Below are positions 37,950 through 48,765 of a stretch of 64,000 bases of DNA, piece after piece. The notes beneath the pieces were generated by a model. The model searched no databases. It had not been told where the DNA came from and saw only the letters and a program-made list of their open reading frames with translations. This DNA comes from Octopus vulgaris (lineage: Eukaryota). The stretch lies in assembly GCA_951406725.2 (NCBI GenBank), contig OX597814.1:162316001-162380000 (forward strand). The letters are read 5' to 3'. The position numbers and the translations under genes were made by a program. The stretch's first letter is position 1. Every line of letters starts with the position of its first letter.

Positions 37950-39578
37950 ACCACGCACACACATACACATATGGTTTGAGATTATCTGTAACAGTGGGGT
38001 GGTCTCGACTAGAAAGCCTTTGATAATAAGTCTATCTAATCAATCAGGCCTGATATCAAGTTATCAACAAACAACCTCATTCATTTTAAAAACAGAAGTG
38101 ATGAACAGATTACCCAACGTAAATCAAGTTTGAGAATTTCGTGGGAAACAATTATTATATTTTATGCGCAAACATCAAAAAGAATTGTCAGAAGTTTATA
38201 CTTCGTTTTCAAATAAATGTTTGATCTCCACACGAGAACAAATTATCAGTAAAATAATAAATCAGTCTCAAAGGGTTCGTATGTCTTATAGCTTTAAGCT
38301 TAATGTAAAACAAACTACGATATTTAACTTAGAATATTGATTTCATTGGAACAAACCAGAATTTTTTTGTGGGAGACTACAGTTGATTAAACTGACTTCA
38401 GTACTTGACTGATAATTATTTTATCCATCCCTACATTAAAAAAAAAAAAAGACAAAAAAAGGAAGAAAAAGGGAAAAATCGATTTCGTGAGAAGTTGAAC
38501 TTGTAACGTAATGAAGCATAGCTAACTTATTCAATGCATTTTGTTTAGATCTTTACTGATTCTGTACCCTTATTTATTGTTGTTCTTAAAATTTGATAAC
38601 GCTGAGATTAATTGAAAATTATAATTAACTTTAGCTTATATAGTTTCATAAGTTCAATAAGGAAGGAGTATAAGAATTTTATATATTATATTATGTTACG
38701 AAGCGCATGTCGCTCTATAACCAGGAATTAAAAATGAATTGCAGATTTGGTTCACTGAATAACATTCATTATTCATTTCATACAATTACATTACTTTGAT
38801 AACTTTTTCATATTTTACGTTACTATTTGGAAGAAAAAAATGCAGACGCATGATCCTTGTTCTATTCTGGCTCTTGATGTTCTTAATTAAGATCCTACCG
38901 AGGGCAACTTTACCTTTCATATATAATTGATAAATCCTTGCTGACAAAATTTCAGACTCCCTATTTTAGAAACAATTATCTGAGACAAAAACAAAAAGTA
39001 ACTTTATATCAGGCATATTAGAAAATTGAGCAGTAGTTTTAGAAGGTAAGTTGGACTAGAGAGGACTACATTTGATCAAATCAACATAGGTATGGCTGTA
39101 TGATAAAGAAGCTTGCTCCTCAATCATAGCGCTTTGCTCAAGTGCCTTCTACCATAGCCCCGGATTGACCCAATACCCAGTGAATGGAATTTGATAGAGA
39201 GAAATTGTGCAGAAGCTCATTATATATGATAATTAATAACTCTGTAACATGACTTCACGGTTCGATACGACGCATAAAACCGAAAACACATCACTGGAGG
39301 TGATTGTACTGAATCAAAAAGAATTTGATGTGATTTACTTTCTTGACTGAGAAGAACAAAAGTTAATGAGGTAGGGTAATGAACATAAATTCTATGTAGT
39401 GCTTAATTGAAAAATCAGAAGTTCCAAATCACGAATCACATTTTACTTTTCTTAAGATGCATCCTGATCTAATGGTCTCCTATAAAAGGAAGTTTTTTTT
39501 TCTCTCCAACAATCAGGTTTTAATTTAATGATGATTTGAGAAGTATTAGGAGAAATTGAGAGTAAACAAGAACTTCCG

Positions 39579-39633
<55 letters not shown>

Positions 39634-40691
39634 TTTACTAATTTCGCACCATTCTATAGAGTCCCTGCGTAGTCACTCCACCTGTTAGAAATAGTAGTTA
39701 ACCACGCTTGTATCAAAATAAATAAAAATCAAAACCTCCGAACAAAACCAAAGAGTAAATCAGATAATTTAGATATAAATATATTGTCTTAAAAAAGACG
39801 GGGTGGTCATGGCTGGAATGCTACGGATCATAGGTTTGCTTAATCAGGACAGACTTGAGACTAAACAATTACGACTTGGGTTCGCTATCAGCAATAGAGA
39901 TTCTCCTACATCAAACTGACCAATGTATCTATAAGAATTGAAAATTAAATATTATTCATACAACCAAAAAAAAAAAAAAAATCAGAATTTCATTTTGAGT
40001 TCCAGTTAAATTTGTTGGAATCTAGAAAAATTTGAAATTTTCTTCTTCAATTTTTGCTTTCTTATTTTGTTTATCTGGAAGCAAGATTGAAAAATAAGAA
40101 AAAATAAAAAAGTTGTCTGTCCTGTCGAAAAAGAGTTGTGTCCCTTACCACTTGTAGCTTATGCCGACAGCTTTTTTTTTGGTCTTTTTTTAACGTTTGG
40201 TGTTGTTGATGGTGAGAAGGAGTAAAGGGGAAAACTAATAGTTATATAATAAACTGAAGACAAGCGTGATGTTTCTTTAGTAATTCATTTGTTTTAATAA
40301 AAAAATATATCTTGAAAGCATACTGTCTCCTAACTTACGGCTAACTCGAATAACTTCAAACAGAGAGAGGTTATATCTTAACTAATAACAGGAAATGATA
40401 TAAATCTAAGTGTTTCTTTCGGTCATTGGACTGTGGCCATGTAGGGGCACCGCCTTGAAGAGTCTTATTTGAACTAATCAGTCCCAATACTTATTTTTAA
40501 AAAAAGCCTTGGACTTATTCTATCGGTCTCTTTTGCTAAACTGCTGAGTTACAGAAACGTAAACAAAACAATACCGGTTGTCAAACGGTGAGGAAGAACA
40601 CACACACACACACATACATACAAGTACACACACACGCGCGACGAGCTTCTTTTAGGTTCTATCTACCAATTTACTCACAAGGTTTTAGTCA

Positions 40692-41542
40692 GCGCATCGG
40701 GACAACTCATCACCACCGACTCAACACCGCAGACTCAACACCGCCGACTCAACACCGCAGACTCAACACCGCCGACTCAACACCGCCGACTCAACGCCAG
40801 GACAACGCAAAACCAGGAAATTTGATTAATAAATAATTTATTCGTTTTATAAACATTATCAGAAATTTATAAAAAGATTAATCTTAATACATGGCTTGAA
40901 TAAAAAAAAAATTTAAAAAGCAGAACTTTTAAAAGTACTGAATTGGTTCGAAGATACCTATATTGGAAGACCAAATCGACGTGGAAATTGTAGGAGACCT
41001 TCACTTTCCCCCCATGAAATGTGGAATGTTTACGAGAGGACGTTGCTCGAGGAAGACCGGACAAATAACCGCGCTGAAGCAGTAAATCGAAGACTCCAAA
41101 CAACTGGGAATGTAGCACTCCACAATATGGAAATTCACAAATGAGTTACATAGGGTACAAAGAAGCCGAGATGCATTTTTTGAGCAACTGATTGGAGGTC
41201 ATCCCTACCACTAACCCGAAGAAGTATATGAAGGCAGATGAATAGAATTCTGCGTATTGTTTCATCTTTTTCAGAACGATTTCCCACAGAATATTTGAAG
41301 GGAATTGCAACAACTTTCAGTAAATTTCTCATTTAAATTTTAGCCTTGTATTAAAAATGTATAGTTTCTCAATTAATTTTGTTCGAATTTTAAAATTTAT
41401 GTCATGTATTAAATTAATCTTTTATAAATACCTCATAATGTTATAAAACGAAAAAAATATTTATTAATCAATTTTCCTGGTGTAGAGTTGTAGTGTTGAG
41501 TTGTCCTGGCGTTGAATCAGCGGTGTTAGGTTGACCTGCACC
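40692..41542 (-). mobile_element. Mutator-like (MULE) element, internally deleted, inserted in a family C SINE
   Basis: Long imperfect TIRs (~40692-40920 vs ~41385-41542), 9-bp TSD TTTTAGTCA/CTTTGGTCA, internal remnant QLFGVFD..GY..GLPR..YLRTNSVL resembling the MULE PRTNN motif. Confidence 0.8.
40718..40798. repeat. 14-bp tandem repeat (~5.5 copies) within the MULE left TIR
   Basis: GACTCAACACCGC(A/C). Confidence 0.95.
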
Positions 41543-41917
41543 CTTTGGTCAGTCTAGAGCAAGATCGAAGACACTTGCCCAAGGATTGAAAACGGAACCA
41601 TGTAGTTGGGAAGCAAACTTCTTACCACACAGCCATGTATGATCCATAAAATTTCTCAACAAAATCGTCTACATTTATTTCAAATAAGTTTTAGGTTCAC
41701 GTTTTTCTGGAGCTAGTTGTAAGAAGTTTTACGTTCAACTGAATTTATGAAATCGGGACTTAAATGTGAAGGGGGTAACGGTGGGAGAGAAAAAAACCCC
41801 TACACATATTGTTTTAAAGGATTTTATCTTTCTCATCTTTAATCTTATAGGGCTTCTAGCTTTGATGGTGGATGTCATCCCTAGTATACTTGGAAGGCTC
41901 TCTCTCTTTCCCCCTCT

Positions 41918-41974
<57 letters not shown>

Positions 41975-42414
41975 AGATATGAGGAGTTTTCGCCAGGGTG
42001 ACTCAAACTAATAATAGGTATGTGTTCTGAGTGCTCAAATAGGTGGGCCACCAAAATTCCAGTTTGAACAGCAGTCGAAGTTGTGATTGCATGATTGTCT
42101 TGTTTAAACTGGCTGGACATAAAACCACCCTCCTGGACATAATGAACCACCACAAATATCATTCATGAGGAACTTTCTTCCATTGACTAACTTACATCTC
42201 TCCGATGACGAGATACTCAACTTGCAGAGTCTTCCCTCGATACGATGCCCCAAATAGCTGGGATATCCCAGGAACTGCTGATAGAGACTAATATTTTACT
42301 ATTTAAAAAATATTTTTTACAACTTTTTACCATTGGTTATGTAGCTAAATTTAAATTGAATTAAATGTTCTTGTCATGCCCCGCCCAATTGTTTGCATTC
42401 CCTCACTGTTTATA

Positions 42415-42630
42415 TTATAATGGGGGAGGCCGGTTTATAGGGTTACTTCAAAATATTTTGAAGAGGTCTTAGGCCAACAGGTTTGGGGTGTGACGATACG
42501 CCGTAAGGCCAAACCACTTATGGATGAGAAACTCAGGGTAACCCCATAAACCAGCCTCCCCCATTATAATATTAACTGCTCTATATCTTAGAGACTGCTT
42601 CTTCTCCGGATTAAAGTTTTTCCACAAACG
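42415..42630. mobile_element. Small inverted-repeat element with a ~60-bp unpaired tail; related copy at ~43701-43897
   Basis: ATTATAATGGGGGAGGCCGGTTTATAGGGTTAC / GTAACCCCATAAACCAGCCTCCCCCATTATAAT; both copies followed by CTGCTCTATA.CT.AGAG..TGCTTC..CGGATT. Confidence 0.65.
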
Positions 42631-42710
42631 ATATATGTGTGCGCGTGTGTGTGTGTATGAAACAAGAAATAATATTTGTCTTTTCTAATAGAAACAAAAA
42701 TAAAGAAGCG

Positions 42711-43695
42711 TTGGTTATAGAACATACATTAAATTTGGGTCAACGACTTTACATACAACATCACCCCTCAAACATTTAATCATATATAAAAATCACCATG
42801 GTCCTCAAACACATAAAAATAATACTTATACATAAAATCACAAAAGGTAAAAATATATAATCGAATAAAATACAAATAGAACGGCCTATCAAAATGTGAA
42901 ATATAAACGGCTAAAAATTCAAAAACTACTAAAAAACCTAATAGAACAAGTATAAAATAAGTAAAGGTAAAAATAAAACTAAATATCCACCGTCTAAAAA
43001 GTTTTATCAGATGATCAAAATATTTAAAAAAAAAACTTTTTTAAAAACTTAAAAAAATATATTTGAAAAAAGTCTTTTACTTCCCTCATACAAATACGTC
43101 CAAAGTTCATAAGTAAACAGACGTCCACAGGTCAAATTCACATATATCTTGGAAAAAGTCTTTTACTCTCTCAACACAAGTACGTCCAAAAGTTCACACG
43201 TCAAATTCAACATTCACATATATCTATGGCCATTTCGGGAGCTCACCACCGCAGTTTATTTGCAACTAAGGTGCAACACGGCGATGACCCCTCATCAGGA
43301 TAAACAGGAATTTGTATGAGGGAAATAAAAGACATTTTTCAAATACTTTTTCAAATATTAAGAAATTAAAAAAAAAAAAATTTTAATCATCTGATAAAAT
43401 GTTTTTAGACGGTGGATATTTATTATTATTTTTACTTTTACTTATTTTATATTTGTCTATTAGGTTTTTTGGTAGTTTTTGAATTTTTAGCTGTTTATGT
43501 TTAAAATTTTGATAGGCCGTTCTATTTGTATTTTATTCGATTTTATACTTTTACCTTCTGTGATTTTAGGTATTATTTTTGTGTTTGGGAACCATGGTGA
43601 TTTTTATATATGATTTTTATATATGATTAAATGTTTGAGGGGTGGTGCTGTATGTAAAGTCGTTGACCTAAATTTAATATTTGTTCTATAACCAA
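42711..43695. mobile_element. Fold-back element with ~385-bp inverted arms (42711-43095 / 43310-43695), probably Penelope-like
   Basis: Arms align as reverse complements along their full length (TTGGTTATAGAACA..CCCTCATACAAAT / ATTTGTATGAGGG..TGTTCTATAACCAA); hammerhead in the spacer. Confidence 0.85.
43217..43306 (-). ncRNA. Type I hammerhead ribozyme (Penelope-type) with long stem II and palindromic stem III
   Basis: Minus strand: tgtttatc-CTGATGA-GGGGTCATCGCCGTG..TGCGGTGGTGAGCTCCC-GAAA-TGGCCA-TA^gatatatg. Core boxes intact, stems I-III pair, AUA cleavage triplet at 43227-43225. Confidence 0.8.
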
Positions 43696-44179
43696 AAAGA
43701 TAGCTATGGCCGGTCTATGGGATTACCCAGAGTTTCACGTCCATAAAGCGCTAAGCTTTACACCCTCTCTTCAGACCCTAATGGTCGGTCTATGGGTAAC
43801 CCCATAGACTGGTCACAACTATATTTATCTAATTACTCTCTCCTGCTCTATAACTCAGAGGCATGCTTCTCTTTCGGATTCATTATTTACTGACGACATA
43901 TATATATATAAAATCAGCTGTCATATACTGGGAAGGATCATGAATGTGTAAATATATATTTTTCCCTGTAGAACGGAACACGAAAGTTTTTTACACGAGA
44001 GTTCCGGACCCCTGTAATGAACTCATTTGTATACAGCCAATCAGAGCAGAGCCACATTTATCCTTTCTTCCTGTCTAGTCAGCATCGTGCATTCCTTACT
44101 CTTTCCCTCTCTACTGGCAGATAGGAACCTTTTTGTCACTATCAAAACAAATAAAATCGCTATCACTACAAGTACTACC

Positions 44180-44413
44180 TATTTCTTTACTATCCACAAG
44201 GGGCTAAACACAGAGGGGACAAACAAGGACAGACAAACGGATTAAGTCGATTACATCGACCCCAGTGCGTAACTGGTACTTAATTTATCGACCCCGAAAG
44301 GATGAAAGGCAAAGTCGACCTCGGCGGAATTTGAACTCACAACGTAACGGCAGACGAAATACTGCTGAGCATTTCGCCCGGCGTGCTAACGTTTCTGCCA
44401 GCTCGCCGCCTTA
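44180..44413 (-). mobile_element. Young tRNA-derived SINE family A with 18-bp TSD
   Basis: TSD ATCACTACAAGTACTACC at 44162-44179 and 44414-44431; A/B-box-like head (GAGCTGGCAGAA..GAGTT..AAATTC); central GCCTTTCATCCTTTCGGGGTCGATAAATTAAGTACCAG resembles the Meta/Nin-type SINE domain. Confidence 0.95.
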
Positions 44414-44650
44414 ATCACTACAAGTACTACCGTCTCTCTAACTCCCTGTCAGGCAAACGAATAAATATATGTAAATAATATTTCTTACTTCTTGGTGTTG
44501 ATCCTTTGATGTTCACAGGTTACTCTGACGTTGGCACAATAATACACTTGCCCAAACTGAATTGCTGGAGTTATTTTATTTTTTCCAGAAAAATGTTTTT
44601 AAAAAGTTATAGAAGTATAAAATTTGATCATTTTCCCCCAGTCAGGACAC

Positions 44651-45240
44651 AGAATTTGGAAGCTGTCATTTTGAGAGTGACTGCACATTTTGTCAACATC
44701 CTGAAAAAGCTTACATTTTTAATGTTTTCCGTGAATTTTTCACGGGTCAAGCTAGTTATAATAAATAGATCTATAATTTACTACTAATAATATAATAGTA
44801 TTCATCGAAATTTTTTAGTACTTACACATTTTTGTGACTATTATTTTTTTTATCGTTTCTGTTTGGTTGCCAGCATCAATTTTCAGTTCGAACTGATTTC
44901 ATATTCAGTGTAATGATGCACTTTTATAAGCTAATTAATGAAATGAAAGTAATTTTCGCTATAAATCAATCAATAAAGAGTTATTAGTAATAAAGTTTGA
45001 AATTTTTGGTAATTTTAGTCCATCGTAAGCCACAGACACATTCATGTTTTTTTCTATTAAATTAACATAAACATTTATTTACATGAAAGAAAATACCGGA
45101 GAACTTTCCTGCTAAAAATAACAGCTAAATAAGATTTATTTATATGAAAGAAAATTACCAGAGACATAACACGTGTTGTTTACAAATATTGACAACATGT
45201 GCTATTTTGTCACGCACAAAATGACAGCTTCCAAATCCTT
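44651..45240. mobile_element. MITE with ~50-bp imperfect TIRs
   Basis: ATTTGGAAGCTGTCATTTTG.G.GTGAC..GCACAT.TTGTCAA vs TTGACAACATGTGC..GTCACGCACAAAATGACAGCTTCCAAAT. Confidence 0.75.
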
Positions 45241-45245
45241 ACATA

Positions 45246-45468
45246 TCTTTATATATAAAAGTCAAGTTGTGTGTCTGTCTCCTACGATTTAGATTCCTAA
45301 CTACTCCCACATTATGCGGTGCAGTTTAACCAAAAGCGGGTATCTTATAGTCGTGATTCATATCGAGCTCTTTTGGGTATTAGCGTGCGTCTACTATGAG
45401 TCTACAATTAAAAAAAAAATTTAACATAATTTTTCCGCATTTTTAATGCATGTGTTTATATAAGGGAA
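45246..45468 (+). mobile_element. Non-autonomous Helitron, 3'-truncated copy
   Basis: A^TCTTTATATATAAAAG 5' end; near-identical to 45533-45750; 29 bp of upstream flank also duplicated. Confidence 0.85.
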
Positions 45469-45532
45469 TACTATTTTATTAAATCTCAGAATCACAGTAA
45501 CACCAAAATGACAGCTTCCAAATCCTTACATA

Positions 45533-45905
45533 TCTTTATATATAAAAGTCAAGTTGTGTGTCTGTCTCCTACGATTTAGATTCCTAACTACTCCCACATT
45601 TTGCGGTGCAGTTTAACCAAAAGCGGGTATCTTATAGTCGTGATTCACATCGAGCCCTTCTGGGTATTAGCGCGCTACTACGATTAAAAAAAAAATTACC
45701 ATCATTTTTTCCCATTTTAATGCATTTTTTCGCTATTATATAAGGGAAGTAACTCTCTAAAAATGTCTACGATGAGTCAACGATTTAAAAAAAAAATTCC
45801 ATCATTTTTTTCCCATTTTTAATGCATTTTTTGCTATAACTCTCTAAAAATGCTTATATAGTTATTTCCCTTACAAACCCGAGCAACGCCGGGCGATACT
45901 GCTAG
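45533..45905 (+). mobile_element. Non-autonomous Helitron, complete
   Basis: 5' TC after A; subterminal hairpin CCCG-AGCAACGC-CGGG; 3' CTAG followed by T; no TSD. Confidence 0.92.
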
Positions 45906-46230
45906 TATTTTATTATTAAAAAAACAAATTATAAGGGTGGCTTTCTATCTTGCAGTAACTAACTGTTGCTTGCAATTTATACTTACTATGACAGACTGGA
46001 GTGATTAGAAATAGCAGTCAAAACCACAAGCCTTGTATTAAAAACGGAAGACGAAAAGCTTCCAGGATATTATTTGTATGAGGAAAACAAGGCAAACGAT
46101 GGGTGGACAGCAGAAGATGTGGATGTATGTAATTACATCTAAGATTAAATAAAAATAACGGCAGCCTACATCATAGAATGCAGGTCTGATCCCTTCCTGG
46201 AAGGTGGTAGAAGGGATGCCAGGATATTGA

Positions 46231-46248
46231 GTCTGTTTTTAATTTGTT
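46231..46248 (-). terminator. snRNA 3' box-like element
   Basis: Minus strand AAACAAATTAAAAACAGAC ~20-35 nt downstream of U2; partial match to GTTTN0-3AAARNNAGA. Confidence 0.45.
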
Positions 46249-46264
46249 TATATCTCCCGGGTGG

Positions 46265-46455
46265 GAGATGGGCTGAATCCTGGAAGTACTGCTATACCAG
46301 GCCAACCGTGGCAAAGGCGGAGCAAGCCCCTAACTCTTCGCCTCGTTCTAAAAATCAGTTTAATATCGATGGTCCCAAATAGGGACCGTATCAGATATTA
46401 AGCTGATAAGAACAGATACTACACTTTGATCTTAGCCAAAAGGCCGAGAAGCGAT
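46265..46455 (-). ncRNA. U2: U2 spliceosomal snRNA (full length, variant)
   Basis: ATCGCTTCTCGGCCTTTTGGCTAAGATCAAAGTGTAGTATCTGTTCTTATCAGCTTAATATCTGATACG.. canonical 5' half with branch-point recognition GUAGUA; stems IIb, III and IV pair; 3' end approximate. Confidence 0.97.
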
Positions 46456-46489
46456 AATTTTTACCCTAGCTTAGAAATATTATACCTAT

Positions 46490-46512
46490 TTCTATTTAGT
46501 ATAGTGACTGAT
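46490..46512 (-). promoter_or_regulatory. Putative PSE of the U2 promoter
   Basis: Minus strand TCACTATACTAAATAG at about -52 to -37, resembling TCACC-type proximal sequence elements. Confidence 0.4.
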
Positions 46513-46708
46513 TTATACTTACACTTATATAGCTGTATTTAATTAGTTCTTCCATATTTTGTAATATCTTTTATTTTATTTCGTAGTAGTTGTTTTATTT
46601 AATCTTTTCAATCTGAGAATTTTAATATTTCTATTTTTTTAAAAAGATATTATCCTAAGCGTAATCTGTAATTGTGTTGATTTGATAATAAACGTGAATG
46701 AAAATTAC

Positions 46709-47105
46709 GGGATATTTTCGGTTTGAACGGCAGTTTTTTCTAGCGGTGTCACATGAAATTGTCACCCATAATTATGACCCTGGTATCGATCTTATTGCAT
46801 TTCAATCTATTTTAGAGGGGGGGTTATCTTTTTTTCTTCAGAAATGTAAATAAACCCAGTCTGTTTCTTAAACGAGGGACATATTCATACGGCACAGAAT
46901 GTTGTTTACCTCAATAGACGTCAGTGATTGGTTGAAATTGCAGAAAAAAAAAACCCCAACAAATATCTTACAAACTATAGAATTTTCTCAATAAAGCCAA
47001 GAGAAAAAGATGTTTTATAAACACATTCCACCAGTATAAGAAGTTTAAAATTTTTTAGTTACCTATAAATTATATTAAAAACTGCAGTTCAAACCGAAAA
47101 TATTC
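46709..47105. mobile_element. MITE with ~29-bp TIRs upstream of U2
   Basis: GGATATTTTCGGTTTGAACGGCAGTTTTT / AAAAACTGCAGTTCAAACCGAAAATATTC. Confidence 0.85.
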
Positions 47106-47252
47106 AAAGTACGAATTACGACGGTCCGTAATGTTCACGTGATTCTATATCTCACCAGTAAAACATTTATTACTCTTTTACTAAATTAATTATTTTTTAG
47201 GCATCATAAATCTCGTAAGTCGTACCGGAAACATTTTCTTGCTTTTCTGAAA

Positions 47253-47638
47253 TCTTTATATATAAAAGTGAAGTTGTGTGTCTGTCTCCTACGATTTAGA
47301 TTCCTAACTACTCTCACATTTTGCGGTGCAGTTTAACCAAAAGCGGGTATCTTATAGTCGTGATTCATATCGAGCCCTTCTGGGTATTAGCGCGCGTCTA
47401 CGATGAGTCTACGATTTTTAAAATAATTTACCATCATTTTTTTCCATTTTAATGCATTTTTTCGCTATTATATAAGGGAAGTAACTCTCTAAAAATGTCT
47501 ACGATGAGTCAACGATTAAAAAAAAAATTACCATCATTTTTTTTCCATTTTTAATGCATTTTTTGGCTATAACTCACTAAAAATGCTTATATAGTTATTT
47601 CCCTTACAAACCCGAGCAACGCCGGGCGATTCTGCTAG
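47253..47638 (+). mobile_element. Non-autonomous Helitron, complete
   Basis: A^TC start, same hairpin and CTAG^T end; highly similar to 45533-45905. Confidence 0.92.
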
Positions 47639-47689
47639 TATACGTATATATGAATTTCCTGCCGTGGTATAGGTTCATCTATGACCTTG

Positions 47690-47862
47690 GCTAGCAGAAG
47701 GTCAAGTTGTTTCTTGAAAACATCTTCCCCTTCTCCATGAAGATCCCTTTGACATGTTTTGCATGGGATGCTCTACCAGGAGCTTGTGATCCACTGGCAT
47801 ATCTCTCAGGGTCACTGAAGCACACAAGCCACTGATCCGCAACAAGGACTGGACCTTGTGGT
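47690..47862 (-). mobile_element. RTE (Expander/Rex3-like) 5' UTR remnant; related relic at ~56930-57050
   Basis: Minus strand GGCTTGTGTGCTTCAGTGACCCTGAGAGATATGCC..CTCCTGGTAGAGCATCCCATG resembles RTE leader motifs. Confidence 0.5.
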
Positions 47863-48129
47863 TTACTTGTCTGAAACGTAGTCAACTCATATAAAACATC
47901 AGTTATGCTAAACACATATGATCATTTTTCTTTTTCAATTTAGAAAAACCCCAAAGAATTGAAATCTCTACAGGAATAATGCAAGCAGAGAGGTAATTTC
48001 AGAAGACTGACAGTCCAGAGGAGATGGAATGCCTTTAGGCGTTAGTGTGACTCCTAAGGTGCGACTATAGTGGCGGGATGCAAAATGGCTGACGAGAAGA
48101 GAAGCGAGTGAATAGGGAGAGACTATGAG

Positions 48130-48500
48130 TTCATGTGACATTAGGCCATTTAGCTACTGTAAAGAGTAAAGACCCCACTTCGATCATAAATAACCATGGG
48201 ATTGCACCTAGAAAGTTGCCCTCCGAGGCACAAGTCCAGGCAAGGTTGTTTATGGAAGACCAGCAATCGCCCATGCATACCAGCCTCCCCTCTACGCCAC
48301 CGATGTTATCCAAAGGAAAGGCAAAGGTCGATACAACTTGGCACCGGTGACGTCGCACCTAATTTCTACAGTTGAGTGAACTGGAGCAATGTGAAATAAA
48401 AGTGTCTTGCTCAAGAACACAACACACAGCCCGGTCCGGGAATCGAACTCACTACCTCATGATTGTGAGCCGACTCTCTAACCACTGAGCCATGCACCAA
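48130..48500 (-). mobile_element. tRNA-derived SINE family D
   Basis: Minus strand GCATGGCTCAGTGGTTAGAG (A box)..GAGTTCGATTCCCG (B box)..GTGTTCTTGAGCAAGACACTT. Relatives at ~7030-7220, 28455-28560, 61410-61790(-) and 36810-37050(+). Confidence 0.85.
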
Positions 48501-48537
48501 CCAGCTACTGTAATGGAAGTAGAAAAGACAAATTTAA

Positions 48538-48765
48538 GGTGGCGAGCTGGCAGAAACGTTAGCACGCCGGGCGCAATACTTGCAGTATTTCGTCTGCCGT
48601 TACGTTCTGAGTTCAAATTCCGCCGAGGTCGACTTTGCCTTTCATCCTTTCGGGGTCGATAAGTTAAGTACTAGTTACGCACTGGGGTCGATGTAATCGA
48701 CCTAATCCCTTTGTCTGTCCTTGTTTGTCCTCTCTATGTTTAGCCCCTTGTGGGCAATAAAGAAT
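48538..48765 (+). mobile_element. SINE family A, full length
   Basis: High identity to 44180-44413; flanked by AGAAA(A)GACAAATT repeats. Confidence 0.92.

Noticed and set aside
48425-48500. tRNA gene
   Set aside because: A and B boxes are present but there is no convincing cloverleaf, and the sequence continues into a multi-copy SINE body
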